Of a DNA stretch of 64,000 nucleotides, positions 38,229 to 51,285 are shown piece by piece. The position numbers were made by a program, and so were the translations under genes. The stretch is taken from NCBI GenBank assembly GCA_040285855.1, contig JAUFOQ010000010.1:1798001-1862000 (forward strand), read 5' to 3'. The number at the start of each line of letters is the position of its first letter. Within the stretch, counting starts at the first letter, position 1. Origin of the DNA: Eukaryota sp. GEM-RC1 (Eukaryota). Under the pieces are notes generated by a model that saw only the letters and a program-made list of their open reading frames with translations, was not told where the DNA came from and searched no databases.

Positions 38229-40184
38229 ATGACGTTATCCAATGATCCTGAATACCAAGAATTAGAAGGAAGAGTAATAGAACGCCTTTTATTTACTCTT
38301 ACAAATACAAACTATCATCATTATTAACAAATGAGATACAAATACCTCTATATCATCTCAAATTCATGTCTCAATGCAAAGAGACAGTTCAAAATTGAAT
38401 CAAAATACCTAAACAATGCTTTGAAAAGGGAAAACGACAACCTTCCTCTCCAGTAACTTTCATTAAAATTCTTTCCATACTGCTTACACAATTTGCCAAA
38501 ATCTGTGAGAAATTGTTGACCGAAGCAACCAAACTTACCATAAAGAGAAATAGCAAAAGGATGGAAAACAAAAGGATTGTGTCGGCGACAATTCATCTTG
38601 GAAATTAATTCGCCATAACGATCTAATTTTTTCTTTCAGCAGTTTCAAGAGATGAATAGTTTTCGTCTAAAATTTTGTTAACGGAAGTTGAGTTACAAGG
38701 ATCAACCGTAGTAAAGTCCATAATTATTTCTTGAGAGGACAAACAAGGACCAGTCAAATCACCTCTGCTCTTATCTCTCATAATATCCGTCATACAAAGT
38801 ATTTAAAACTGGTTCGATTTTCCCATGAAAACCATTGCTCTTAAACAATTCTAAACATTGATCACGTAAACTGTTGTGACTAATTGATCTTAAATGAATA
38901 AACTTATGACAGTTGACCACATGATGTAAAGAGGCTAAAGAAGAACCACACACACAAGTAAACTTTTAAAGAAGACCAACAGGCCATAAACCCAACCTCA
39001 AACGAATGTGGAAAAGCCATTCATGATCTTTTAAGTTGAAACTATATCTTTGAGGATATCGGGTAATCAAAGTAGAAGCCTCATCACTAGAAATGTCTTT
39101 CCTAAAAGCACAAAAGCGGGACTCTCGATTTTAGCCAAGCTAATACGATTGTTAAAGTCCAAGCTTTCATGATAGTTTCTAGGAGTACTTGATTCTGTTC
39201 GAAAAAATGGTACTCCTTCTTTAAATGTACTCATACTTGGCCATGAAGTTGGGCAAAACTTGTCAAACAACGACTAGATAATATTGTTACAAAGTCTAAG
39301 GTTAAAATGATTGAATCTTATATTAAAAGAGCTCATCAAATAAGGTACTCTCCGTTTGAAACATTTTTTTTAAATACTATTCACCATTCATCTGTTTTCG
39401 ATTAGGTCCAGAATTTACTTTATGTTGCTGTTCCAATTGTCACTGATACTGATACAGATGAACCATCAGATGAACAAGCAGGTGTTTTCGATGCTAGTCG
39501 TCCTATTAAATTAGAAATTATTGAAGATCAACCGGGTACACTTGAACCTAACATGTGGGGACTAGAATTCAAACTACTATAATAGAATTGCTAGACTGGC
39601 GAAATTATTTTATATTGAACTCAAAAAAATCAACTGTTGTATGTGATCACGATTACAAATAAGCAATCTTTAAACAGTACCGATGATATTATGACTGTAC
39701 AAGAGTCTTTAACAAACATAATTTCTAAAACAAATGAGGCCTCAACTCAAAATCAGTTTGCCCTCGTGTACAAATTCGTAATGGAGATGCCGTTGTTTTC
39801 AATTTGGATGATGATATTGATTCTGCCATGGATATGATTGCTCTTCAAAATGAAGGATATGAGGAGCTTATCTTTCTTCACACTCATCATTGGATGAACA
39901 ATTTTCTTAGTGAGACTGATATATATTCACAAATCACTTTAGTTGCTCCAACTATTAATGAGAAAAATCCACCAGCAATTGTTATTTCTTGGAATGATTT
40001 GAAAGGTGAAAATTTCATTGGCTTGACTGTGAAGGCATACGAGTTGTCTGACTTAGGTCTAAAACTTGCAAAAGAAAAACGTTCTAATTCTTATAAAGAT
40101 GAAGAAATTGAAAAGTTTATCGAAGAAAATCGGTCAAAACTTTATAATAAAGTTAAACCTTTTGAAAACTCTTCTCATTTTTAA
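38229..40184 (+). pseudogene. JAB1/MPN+ (JAMM) metalloprotease, deubiquitinase-like; interrupted by a retroelement and frameshifts
   Basis: Exact JAMM motif HTH-x7-S-x2-D (HTHHWMNNFLSETD, 39879-39920); upstream EQAGVF (E 39472); downstream AIVISW..VKAYELSDLG as in AMSH/Prp8-type MPN folds. ATG 38229 reads in frame into 39422 once 38290-39417 is removed. Confidence 0.7.
38290..39417 (-). mobile_element. 5'-truncated RLE non-LTR retrotransposon insertion
   Basis: CGSSLASLHHVVNCHK..HNSLRD zinc finger; DLTGPCL...IIMDFTTVDP endonuclease; FHPFAISLYGKFG; CTTT at both junctions. Confidence 0.75.
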
Positions 40185-40294
40185 ATAATAAATTTAATTA
40201 ATTATTTAAAAACTAAAAATAAATAAAAAAAATTGAATTTTTTTTAATATTTTTGTTTTGAATTTTTTTTAAAATAAACATCTTTGTATAAATA

Positions 40295-40505
40295 ATGATT
40301 GATGGTGGACACTTCTTGTTGCATTACATTCCTCGTTTAGAACTAGCTGCTGAATCTGTTGGACTTGATAGGATTGTGTTTCCCAGTAGCCTCTATTTAT
40401 CTCGTATTTTGCATTACATGGGAACAGAAATTATTACAAATTACAAGACTAACATGAGTGAACACTTTCACGAATACTTGTTTCAAGTATTTAATCTAGT
40501 TACCA
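40295..40505 (+). pseudogene. Fanzor1 N-terminal (REC-region) fragment
   Basis: LSRILHYMGTEIITNYKTNMSEHFHEYLFQVFNLV resembles the Fanzor1 segment ILxYxxxxIITxYENNIxxHFxEYxxRFVN (recalled consensus, not searched). Confidence 0.6.
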
Positions 40506-40779
40506 TGATCTTACTGACAAGAATCAACGACAAGTGTTCAGATCTCTTGTATACTGATTGCTTTTACAAAGAAAGTCGAACCAGCATTACGAGGATGCAG
40601 TGTCACCTAAAGGAGTGTGCCAAGCTACAAGACACTAGTCAACTGATGGTTTGCCCCTTCTTCTGAAGAAAACATCATGTGCCTGATTCTCTGACAAGAT
40701 TGATAGTTAAATATCTCTCCTATGTGATCATTCTGAACTCATTGTCAGAAGAAACAGTCTAGACCATTTACACAACAAT

Positions 40780-41330
40780 GGAGTGACTGCGATCTCTTCT
40801 TCAGCGTTAGTCCCAGTACTATCAAAAATGGATAAGAAAGAAGTGTTGTGAGCATTCACAAAGAACTTCTTTAACTAATGATTACATTTCCCTTGAGCTT
40901 ACAAAGTTACTGAGGATCAGATTGAGCTTCTCCTCACCAAAAATGTTCTATCTGGAGACTATCATTGCGCTGTTTTCCATGAACCTATTATTAGAAGAGC
41001 TGCATGTACAATGTTTGAAAGTCACAATTAAACAACTTGCAATGTGACTCTATGTCATCAAATGTAGATTTAGGTTCAGTTTCAGTAATTGAATTAAATA
41101 AATTCTTTTAGAAAACTGTTCCTTCTGATACTCTTTCTCTTTTCTCACTGTTGAATATGCCAAGGAGCTCTGCCAAGGTGTAAGCTATCCCCATAGTAAG
41201 TCAGTTGTCCATGGAGATCTCAAACCAGGAAATGGATTGGTTGTTGATGTTAGATATGCTGTTGTTCTTCAGTCATGTAAGATGTACACTATGATTCCAA
41301 AGTTGATATGTAAGTGTTGTCAATCTGTCT
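40780..41330 (+). pseudogene. Protein kinase pseudogene; uninterrupted paralog of 24870-24984 + 26864-27010
   Basis: EYAKELCQGVSYPHSKSVVHGDLKPGN is contiguous here. Confidence 0.7.
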
Positions 41331-44300
41331 ATTAACATATGTTTGAAAACGACTTACATTAAAAACAGTATACATGATCGCTCATAAGGCCGGAGACGAA
41401 GTCGTTACTGGTAATGTAGCCCTGGTGATTCTTTTGAGGTAAAAACCATTCCTGATATCTAAAAGCAACCAGTAAATCCTGCTTTAGCTTCTGCAAAGCT
41501 GAAAGATATGGAAATTAAGTACTTCAAGGAAAAGCTTGTTATCGCTACATCATAACTGCCTGAAAATTTTGTCTCATTGTACGACAACTTAAAGGCAATT
41601 GAACTTAATTTGAGCTCTTTCAATCGTAAACTTGATTCAAAAAAAGAAGGAGTTGGAACTATAATCATTGAGCTACAAAAGCACCAATAGTTTGTTTTCT
41701 TTAATAAAAAACTGTTTTTAAATCCCTCTGATTCAAGATGGTAACTCTGAAATTTTGGTTACATATACTATAATGGAGGTTCATTCAAATAGAAATTAGT
41801 TTGATTAATGTAATTTTTCTACCCAGTGATAGGAAAAATTAATAGACCAAAAATTATAAAAAGGACATATTTGAATTTTTGAATATGATGAAATTCTGAG
41901 TAGTGAAAATTCCTTCCTCCACTGAATAGAACTACACATATTATATAAATCAATACAATTTAAAAAAACGCGTTAAAAATGAATCTTTTGATTAAATCAA
42001 AACGAGATAACAAATCTAAGTTCATCTTTCATTGAAATCGTCTTAACTAATATCCATGAGAAACACGCGTGTTGTTGTCCTTGAAATTCTAGATCTTCAC
42101 GTAAGTCTGAGAACGTTATCTACTGATTCAATGATGACGTGATCATGAGGTTATTACTAACACTGAAGACACACAGAGTAACAGAGAAGATTTGTTACCA
42201 CGTATAGATGGTGACGTTTGCAAAAGGTCATAAAGCACGTCATCTTTTGACCCTAGAGAAGTACTTGATGATCGTTGACAATGAAAGACAGAAGAAAAAG
42301 ACATTGAAGAGAGACAGGGTGAAGATCAATAGACTCTAAGGAAGTATAGGTAGGAGAACCAACGAAAGTAATAGTATTACTACTGACAGTACTAGCAACG
42401 ATCGATGACGTGTCACTTAAGATTGATGACGTTTCACTTAAGATTGATGACGTGTCACTTAGAGCACTTACTGAGGAGTAACTAGTTTCACCACTAGTGA
42501 GTAGAAGCCAATAGTAAGTACTGAGAAGTAGAGGAGATCTAGTATTGGAAGAGGGAAGAAATAGATAGTTGGAGTGAAGAACTAGAGAGATGAACGGTTG
42601 AAAGGATTCAGAAAACTTCTGATCTTTTGGGGAGCTAGTATTCCTTAGTGTTTCAGAGAGCTAAGTGTTTCTGAGAGATTGTGTAGGAGAAGTGAGGTGG
42701 GATTTAGCTTCAACGTTTGAGGAAGAGCGATCGAACTCTCTCCTGTTTTGCACAAGTATGGTGTACAAAGTCATTCATTCCCTTCTCTTTCAAGGACTTA
42801 GTTGGAGGAAAAGGATGATGTGATTTGCATCTCCTTGAGGGGGGGAGGGGGAGGGGGATCGATGCAATGCTCATAGGTAAGTATAGTTAGACGAGCGGCA
42901 TAATAAGAACATCACAACCTCATTACACAACCGCTGGTAAACAGCGGAGCTCTGTTTGATATTCTCTCCGCCTAGAGAGAGTATACAGTTGATCTAGTAG
43001 TGGTAACTAAGTGAAGCCATAAGTAGTTGGATAATCAAGGGAGTTTAGAAGGAGGACTTTGGACATAATGTGGTGCCAGAAGCTCTAGAAGAGGTACATG
43101 GAGTTGATTCAGGGATTCTGTCCTCTCTCTTCTTGAAACAACAACAGTACTGTTTCTAATACCCTCTATTACAGGTAAAACATCAAATATTATCGGACAA
43201 AAGGACACCACAACTATCAGCTACGATTCTATTCTAAGTGCAAGTTACAAACGTTGATGGAATGGAATTTGAATGTCCTAACTGACTCTAAAGGTTTCCA
43301 AATGGTATCTCTATTAAAACTATCTTTAAACTAACAGAGGATGTCATTACCATCTACTCCCCTGTTCAATCAATAATTCTCTCAATGCTGACTTATGATC
43401 TTCTCCACTCCTCATACATTCTCGTATCTCCTACTGCTTCCCTTCTTCATTTACAATGGAACTTTGGCATTTCAAGTCTACTTTGACTTTCTCTCTTGCC
43501 GCTGTTTACCAGTCAGTTTGGGTTTGTATGTGTGAGTTGTTTCAACTTAATTCAACTGCTTTGACCTTTGGAGAATGTCAAGCTGTTAGTTACTGTCTTT
43601 CTGTCGTTCTTTTACAGCTCTATTGTCATGTTCCTCTTGTGTGTCTTCTAGTTATACAATTCCTCTAGTGATTCTTTTCCTACACGTAGCAACACTTCTC
43701 CGACTTTGTTACACTCAAAGTACTCGTACAACTTAAGATCTTATACAATTCCACTTTCAAACTATTTCGTTGCCACAGATTTATTCTTTTACTCTGTCTT
43801 TTTTCGCTCAGTAGGTGCTGTTTCATTCTTTCTTTCAGTTTCTTTTATTTGTCAGTAGTTCCTATGTTATTTATTAGTTATACTGTTTCTCTACTTCAAC
43901 TTTGTATCATCAATTCGAACTGAATTTTAGGAGAACTTTCCATTGGTTTTGGTGATTCTACTCTATGATGAAAGCTAATTTTCATCATTATGAATTTTAA
44001 AAACTACTTTTTAAATTCAATATGGAGACGACATGTACCTTTTTTTAAAATTATTGTTGGTTTCAACTAAATTGGATTTTTATAGTACTGGAACGACTCC
44101 TCAGACAAGCTAAATCCAGTTATGTATCAGTACAATCTTTGTTAAAAGTGTCGTGACTTGATATTTGTATTTGACACGTCATCTAACTTTCAATTCATTT
44201 TTGAAAAAATTGATCTATTTTTTCTGCTTTCATGTACCGGTCGGATGCGAATTCACAACAGCAGTACGAGACTCAATTGGTGACGTGTTGGTTGCCACAG

Positions 44301-46286
44301 TTATAGTATAATACTATAGTAAACTCTTACGCAGAAAGAGACAAACGCATCTTATATGAATGATTGAATTCTAGTGGATCTTCGTTGACCAAAGAGAAAT
44401 ACCGTAGACAGCGTGTGAGGTCAATTACAGGAACTGTTGTGTATAAAACAAAGAAGCTGATGTCGCATGCATCACTTCCCTTTATTGTAGCGATTAATAT
44501 GATTGGTTATTTGTTTTCAATGCATTTCAACAAATCTTAGGGACATTTAATTAGATATTTTATGGACATTTAATGTGTGATTAGATATCCAAATCAGATA
44601 TCAATCATAGTTTTAGACGTACATAAGATGCACAGCTGCAGCCATCGTGTACAGTTTGACAGAAACGCGTGTATACGATATTATACATTACTCTGAGGAC
44701 ACGAGTAGTTGAGTTTCCTAGTTGGAAAGTCGAAACGGTTAAGTGACTGTATTTATGATTGGAAGACAACCACTCAGTACTTATGGCCACGTTGTGGTAT
44801 ATCTGAGACTTATTATCTAAGCAGTGCTGATACCACGCAGTGTACTCATAATTAACATACATACCATCAGCGTCATACTCTGGCAGAATCCGCCTTCCCA
44901 ATTTTATGAGGGAGATAAGCTTCCGCCTCCATTTGGAGGAGAAGGACTTCGAATGCCTGAAGGATTAGGACTTACTAGAAACCTACTATTACTTCTCAAC
45001 AAGAAGTGGAACTACTTTCGGTTTCCGTACAACTAGATTTAGTAGAGTCTTCGCTAGAGTCTGAGCTGTTCTACTTCATTCCGTGTTCTCACCAGCAGTC
45101 TGTCACCGTGAAGTGATGACGTGATCGTGTAAGTAGGAGTTCATCAAGGTCGAAATTACATGAACTTTTTTGGGAAAAAAGTGACAGTAGAAGTTCGGTA
45201 GCATGAGTTTTAGATAGCATCTGGAGTGCTTGAATAAGGCTAAAGAAGCTAATAAGAAGTGGTGGCATTCGGTCCTGCTCTGCTTTCCTAATCTGCAATA
45301 AGTGAAGACCATCCGCTCTAGAATCTTTTTTGTGGTGTTTACAATGGTTTACTAGGCGCAGATTACTTGACGAAATGCAGTTACGAATTGCTAGTCATCG
45401 TGTTTCGATTAAATCTGTAGTCGTTCATTGTTCATTTTTGAAGGACTATCGTTGCAATCAAAATGGGGGTCAATCAAAATGAGAGACAACAAACAGTGTT
45501 ACGGAACTCGTATACGACACCACCAAACTGCGATACCACTCAATAACACCACTCGTTTCCCTGCCTCGAATTCTTTCCGTTCCCTATTAGACATGGGTCT
45601 ATGGGGCTTTACAGAGAGAGCAAGTAGTCTATCATGTTCTTCGACCTTTTTCCGAAGAGCTAATAGTTCGGCCATCTCGGCTTCACGTTTCAACTTCCTC
45701 GCCAAGTCGTCTTGGGTAAGTTCCTCAGAGTATTCCACATTAGATATGTCAAACTCATCAATTGGTAGAGGATTCTTAGCTCCACAGGACGTAGTCTGTC
45801 TCGACTTTATGGTAGTCTTACACTCAGAAATAAACTGCACGTCATCACCATCCGGGTTCAAACGTAGTTTACGGAGTGCTTCACTATTAGTTTCTTCTGG
45901 TGTAACATGAGTATCTACGGCTTTGACACCATCAATCCCCACACTAGAGTCTCTCTGTGCAGCTCATTCATTAGTTTCTTCTGGTTCTCCACTAGGAGAG
46001 TCTCTCTGTGACCGTCATCATTAAATTTCGTTAAATTTTCATTGGAGATCTGAGTTACAATCTGATTTACCGCGCATGTAGCTAGGATAGAGAAGGCACT
46101 TGCTTGACTTAGTTGGAGATGTTGGGGGAGTTTCGAGTTGGTGTTCATCATTTAACTGAACAGTAATAAATACATTTAACATTGGTGTCTTATATTTATA
46201 TAGGAAAATATGACTTTTGAAACATTGTTTATGTGGAAACAGGATTACAACTAAATAATAAACCAAAAAATTTTAGGTGTTATACT

Positions 46287-46930
46287 CAGGGCTGTCAAAA
46301 TTGAATTGGCAGCTAATTGATCATCAAAAAGCTGTACCAATCAATAATTGCAATAATTGCAATTAATTGAAGCCAATTAACCAATTTATATAAATATATT
46401 AGAAACTCACCAAAAACTACAAAATTTGAGGAAATGAGAATGTGAGTGATCATATTTTACAGAAAATGATTATCAATCATGTTGTCTTCCACAGACCAGT
46501 GATTAACGCAAACATTGCTAAATGCAACTACAATATATCCCAAAGATCCATGTTACATTTCAAGAATTTAAGCACTTGCATTTGTACGAGCTACTCTTCC
46601 GAGATGAAAATGATTACGCTTCGAGCAGTGGAAACAATCGTAAACAGCGATGTTTTCTGTCATCGCTTATTGTCCAATTAGCGGATAAAGAAGAAGACAA
46701 AGGTGCTATGTTTTGATAAAGAAGTTTGATGATTGTGATTGTAAAGAAAGGCTGATTTGTCATTCTTGATATTCTATACAATATTTGTTGTGTTTTACGA
46801 CAAAAACGAGTCTAGTAATGCGCTCAATTAGGACTTAATTAATTGGCAATTCTGTAAGTGGTACCAATCAATTATTGCAATAATTTATTGGCAATAATTG
46901 GAAGTCCAATTCAATTTTGATAGCCCCCTG
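46287..46930. mobile_element. hAT-type MITE
   Basis: TIR CAGGG(GG)CTRTCAAAATTGAATTGG; flanks GTTATACT / GTTATATG (6/8 match); CAATT/AATTG subterminal repeats. Confidence 0.75.
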
Positions 46931-47351
46931 GTTATATGTACTACGAAAATACAATGTCTGTACAAAAACGTCTACCTGTGTTTAATTGACAGAATAGCTA
47001 AACTGTTTCTGAATAAACTTTTATTCTTGTGGATCGGTAACTTGCTTAAGCTGGTCTTACTGAAACCCCTGACATGTCCTTCTTTTGTGCTTCAATTAAA
47101 CGACCACATTGATGTACTTGGCTCTGCTCTTGTTCCACAAACCGCACAATTTCTACAAGCTTTAAATGTTCTTTTGGACAAGATGTAACTGTCGACATGA
47201 ATTAGCAAAAGCACATGACATATTGTATCTCATACTTTGCCTCACACTTGGTCTGACTGTACGCCTCCTGGGATAAAGACGCAACAACCGACTTTTGGCA
47301 ACATCTTCCACTCTCTGCTATTGGTCTATCGATTTTCATGCACATTGCTAG

Positions 47352-48748
47352 TAGAGCTGTCAAATAACGTGACGAGTCATAACGCGTCATAACGTGACGC
47401 AACTTTACGTCACGTCGACGTGTACTTTTTCCAAGTCACGTTACGTCAACTTACATTCTCTAAGTCGTGACTTAGAGCAAAGAGAAAACACTGTAATGAC
47501 GAGTCACGACTTGATGCTACTTTCTGTGAATTGTGAGTTAATATTGGGTAAATAGCACTGACATTGATATCATATAACAATCAAATACATTTCTTTACAA
47601 ATTTAAAAGAAGAATATGTATCTAAATATCGAATTTGTACCATGACTGCAAACATAGAAGTGCCTGAACGATATCATCATTCAAAGATGATCGTTTTGCA
47701 GTCACAACAAGTGATGTCCAAAAATGTATTGCAATAGATTTTCCGTCATTAATTGCTGAAAATATATTATTGTGATATATCACTATTTATCAATGATAAA
47801 TTATTGATAGCAAAAGAAGAAAGTACTTTATTTTAATTAAGTACGCACACACTCTAACCCAAAGACGAGTAGCTTTCACATCGTCGAAAATCAAGTACAT
47901 TGTACTACTGTTCACGTTCAAAAAGAGTTCACCACCAAGGGCAGAACGATGGAGCTCGGATCTGCGATCAGTCAGCCGAAGTCTCAAAAGTTTGAGAACG
48001 ACCTACAACGAGGTTCGGTGTAGCTGATATGAAAAAGATCGACACAATCAGATGATTGATCAGTGAAAACTGTGAAATATTGTTTTTCGTCACAGTAATA
48101 GAGACAGGAGAAAGCACGTTTTCAACAGAAGAGATACAAAAATGTTTGAAAAGAACACTAACAAATTTTTGTTTAAACACGGGAGAAAACAGAGGGAAGA
48201 AATTATCAAAAACAATTGCAATAAATACTGATACGGCGATTTGCCAATAACTAATTATTGTGATATATTAATAAAAAAACGGGGTTTAGGATCAATCAGT
48301 GAAATTGATACATTTGCAGAAATTTATGTGTATATTTATGGTAATAAATTAGGTGATAAATTATAAATTTGGGATCCCTGGTCACAACTAAACCTGCTTG
48401 CGAGAATAGCTGTTCTGCTGGCACTGAAGTGGCTTGAATACAGAAATAGTCTCTAGCAATTTCCCCCTGAGAAGATGCGTCGTTGTCACTGTCGAAACAA
48501 TCGTATTCATTAGATCGTCTTAGAAGAGGAGTTAAAGTTGTCAATAGTAGCTTTCTCGTGTGCATATAAATGCAGAGGCAAACTAGAGAAAGATCAACAA
48601 ATGGTTATTTTGTAAATCGTCATCACTCGTCATAACGTGACGTGATGTGATGTGACTTCAAGTCGACTTGAATTTCTGGTAAGTCACGTCACGTCGACGT
48701 CAATTTTTCAAGTCATGACGCGTTGTGACTCGTCATTTGACCGCCCTA
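47352..48748 (-). mobile_element. Non-autonomous hAT element with dimerization-domain remnant
   Basis: TIR TAGRGCKGTCAAAT; perfect 8-bp TSD ATTGCTAG; GTCACG/CGTGAC repeats; IARDYFCIQATSVPAEQLFSQAG. Confidence 0.9.
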
Positions 48749-49149
48749 ATTGCTAGAGTACACGGTCACATACCATTGTGGTGTAACATCTACTACAGAA
48801 GCTCTTTCTTTAGGCCAGCTAAACGTTTACATGTTTTTATCTCATGTTAATACATCTTACCTTCGAACTTGTCTTATTGAGTATAATACAACTTTACTTT
48901 TAAACAATTTATTGGTTAGAAGATTAGATTGACTGAGTTGCGAACAATTATTACCATGATTTTGCTGAACTGAAATTTAACTCTGTTGCGAAAGACTTAG
49001 TCTTGATTACTCATACCAGGACTAAGCCTCGTACATGGATTCAAGAGGGTGGTTCTTGATTGTAATGTCGGAGATTTTCTCCAACTCGCAACAATTGTAA
49101 AGTCTGACTCAAACACCACGAACTGTTCCTTCAACTTTCAGACTTTACG

Positions 49150-49870
49150 TTTTCATCACAGTCTTGGAAGGACTTGAATTTAAATTTTATTGAATTATCT
49201 GGAAGTATCCGACAACAAATTGATGTCAATTTTTATAAGTTTTTGAATGAACTACGTCTCGGTCTTTTTGATGACTTTATGAAACAAATTTTATTGAAAC
49301 ACAAGTCATTAGCCAAAATTATTGAAAATCCAACCAAATTATTTGCTCGAAACAAGGATGTCGCTGACGAAAATTTAAAACAATTTGAATTATTATGTGA
49401 ACAAGGCAATGAAAATGTTGAATTTCATTCCCTCGATAAGTTCAATGAACCCTTAATTAAATCAGAAATTGTTAAAAGTTGGGCATTTGGTAAGCCTAAC
49501 GAGGAACAAATGGAAAAGGCTGTTAATTTGAATTTAAAAAAATTATCATGTAGGTTGAACGATTTTGCCGAACAAAAATTTCACTGTGTTGTCTGAGGTT
49601 TGGTTATGTTTACCCAAAACAAACCGGATCTGGGCCTTGTAAATGGGTCCAAAGGCAAAATTATTGATGTTTCTGAAACTTCACATTACATTAGTGTGAG
49701 AATCGGTAGAGATGAAGAACCAATCAAAATTACTCCAACCAAATTTGAAATTGAGGTGTTATCTTTTAAGAAATAACCAGTCATTATTGCATCAAGATTG
49801 CAGTATCCTCTTCGTCTTTGTTGGGCAATTACAGACCATAGATCTCAGGGTCTAACAATTGAAGGAATCA
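49150..49870 (+). pseudogene. PIF1-family helicase C-terminal remnant
   Basis: ELSGSIRQ..FLNELRLG, KLFARNKDV, GLVNGSKG, QYPLRLCWAITDHRSQGLTI. Confidence 0.8.
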
Positions 49871-51285
49871 CGTCAAAGAAGCAAGTAGAAGTGATCGAAG
49901 TCACTCCAACAGGTACTTGAAATGGCAAAACATCTCAAATCAACACTACAATGAGGTATAGAGAGTCGCATATTTTGGTAAGAAAGTCTATAAGTGTACA
50001 TTTACACAAATAGACACATCCCAATATTAAATATGATGAAATTCTGAGTAGTGGAAATTTCTTCCTCCACTGAATAGAACTACACAAATTTGAATAATAA
50101 CGGATCAACAGCAGAAACTTAAATTTAAGAGTTGAAAAAGTGCCCGTGAACAGTCATAAAACAACTAATTAGAATATGTTAACTTTTTGTCAACAAAGAG
50201 ATCACTTCAAGTTACCTTCTTTTGAAATTTAGAGAAAATTTAAATATGTCAGTAAAAAGATGGGATATCCAATCTAAGTTCAACTTTTGTTCATTGACAA
50301 AGTGTTGAATAAGTTCCATTGAGAAACAATCGTGTTGTTGTTGACCTTGTAATTCCAGATCTTCACATAAGTCTGAGAACTTTATCTACGGATTCAATGA
50401 TGACGTGATCATGGGGTTATTCCTATCACTGAAAACAACCAGAGTAATAGAGATGATTTGTTACCATATATAGATGATGACGTTTGCAAAGGTCACAAAG
50501 CACTTCATCTTTTAACTCTAGTAGTACTTGGTGGTCGTTGACAATGAAATACAGAAGAAAAAGACATTGAAGTGAGACAGAGTGAAAATCAATAGACTCT
50601 CAAGAAGGTATAGGTAGGGAACCAAGGAAAGTAAAAGTCATACTACTGATAGTACGAGCAAAGACCGATGACGTGTCACTTAAGATTGATGACGTGTCAC
50701 TTAGGGAACTGACTGACGAATAACTCATTCACCATAAGTGAGTAGAAGCCAATAGAAAGTACCAAGAAGTAGAATAGATTTAGTCTTGGAAGAGGGAAGA
50801 AGTAGATAGTTGGAGTGAAGAACTAGAGAGATGAAAGGTTGGTAGGTTTCAGAAAACTTCTGATCTTTTGAGCACTACAGTTTTCCGTCAACGTGTTTCA
50901 AAAAGTGGTCTGGAATAGAAAATAGTTTTGGAGAAAATCTCTAAATCAAATGTGTTGGTCATCAATATCCAAGTGCGTGGAAATGTATAAAATGTTCTGT
51001 TCTGAGTTGCATTTTTTCTTGAGAAAATTACATCAAACAACCCCGATAGAGTCAACAATTGAGCCAATTCAATTCAACATTTGATAACTAACATCTTGTG
51101 TAATTTAGGATCCTACTCTTTCGTATTGAACCAAAATAAACCTTTATATTGATGAGTGTTTTGATACTATAAAGGAGCTAATTAGAAAGCTATGGAAACA
51201 AACAGTTGAACAATCAATTGTGGTCGAGGAGGGTTTTGAATAAAGATGATTTAATCCGACTACTTGTAGAATAAACACTCTCCCA

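Larger units (their letters stand above)
38171..40505 (+). mobile_element. Left part of a second, degraded Fanzor1 element: TIR + JAMM gene + Fanzor N-terminal fragment
   Basis: Begins with CTGTGAATTTCTTTCCAAATGCATAAG (inverse of 2005-2031) and diverges after 27 bp; ends in a Fanzor1-like peptide in the same orientation as 1-1875. Confidence 0.65.

Noticed and set aside
42404..42462. 21-nt tandem repeat GATGACGTGTCACTTAAGATT
   Set aside because: Ordinary two-to-three copy variation within the dispersed pseudogene family.
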